13,788 nt of DNA from Nanopusillaceae archaeon (GTDB taxonomy: Archaea > Nanobdellota > Nanobdellia > Nanobdellales > Nanobdellaceae). The notes under the pieces are model-generated. The model made no database searches and was not told the origin of the DNA. It saw only the letters and a list, made by a program, of their open reading frames with translations. A program made the position numbers and the translations under genes. The stretch lies in contig JAVYNJ010000015.1 in assembly GCA_038735675.1 (NCBI GenBank), positions 1-13,788 on the forward strand, given 5' to 3'. Shown here piece after piece: positions 13,724 to 13,788 of the stretch. Position 1 is the first letter of the stretch, and every line of letters starts with the position of its first letter.

Positions 13724-13788
13724 TTTGTGAGATTTGTGGAATAAATAAATCTTCTAGAAAAGTTTTTTTAGAAGGAGCATTAATAGAT
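13720..13788 (+). CDS. Partial CDS (first 23 codons, continues past the window end); possibly an MBF1-type zinc-ribbon protein
   Basis: Absent from the ORF track. Its ATG overlaps the preceding stop (ATGA at 13720..13723). MICEICGINKSSRKVFLEGALID resembles the N-terminal CxxC zinc ribbon of archaeal MBF1 (CE.CG......V.IEGA.L.VC). The fragment is too short to be sure. Confidence 0.35.
   Translation, partial: MICEICGINKSSRKVFLEGALID

Overview
This is a very AT-rich (roughly three-quarters A+T by eye), tightly packed archaeal chromosomal segment. I call 19 protein genes, two of them partial at the window edges and absent from the ORF track, plus 2 tRNAs and 1 candidate C/D-box sRNA. Nearly all are housekeeping genes: sufC-sufB plus a sufD-like gene, ribosomal protein L15e, aIF5A, an M16 peptidase, endonuclease III, a histone, PCNA, a large DExH helicase with a C-terminal DUF1998 zinc module, enolase and a SAM methyltransferase. 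Intergenic spacers are mostly 0-50 bp and several genes overlap. The two tRNA genes are 69-74% GC islands in this AT-rich DNA. Together with shortened proteins and a histone with a lengthened L1 loop, this fits a genome-reduced thermophilic archaeon, possibly Nanoarchaeota/DPANN-like; that assignment is inference only. I see no CRISPR array, transposon, integrase, rRNA or recognisable defence island. Three items deserve a closer look. (1) An endonuclease V is fused to an N-terminal alkyltransferase-like domain (PWWRV instead of PCHRV), and the EndoV half also carries Asn at two of its four canonical metal-site positions. (2) A C/D-box sRNA candidate starts 3 nt after the tRNA-Asn discriminator, forming an apparent tRNA-sRNA dicistron upstream of the helicase-PCNA pair. 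(3) A 243-bp repeat-bearing gap is the only sizeable non-coding stretch. All family calls rest on motif recognition from memory, not database searches.
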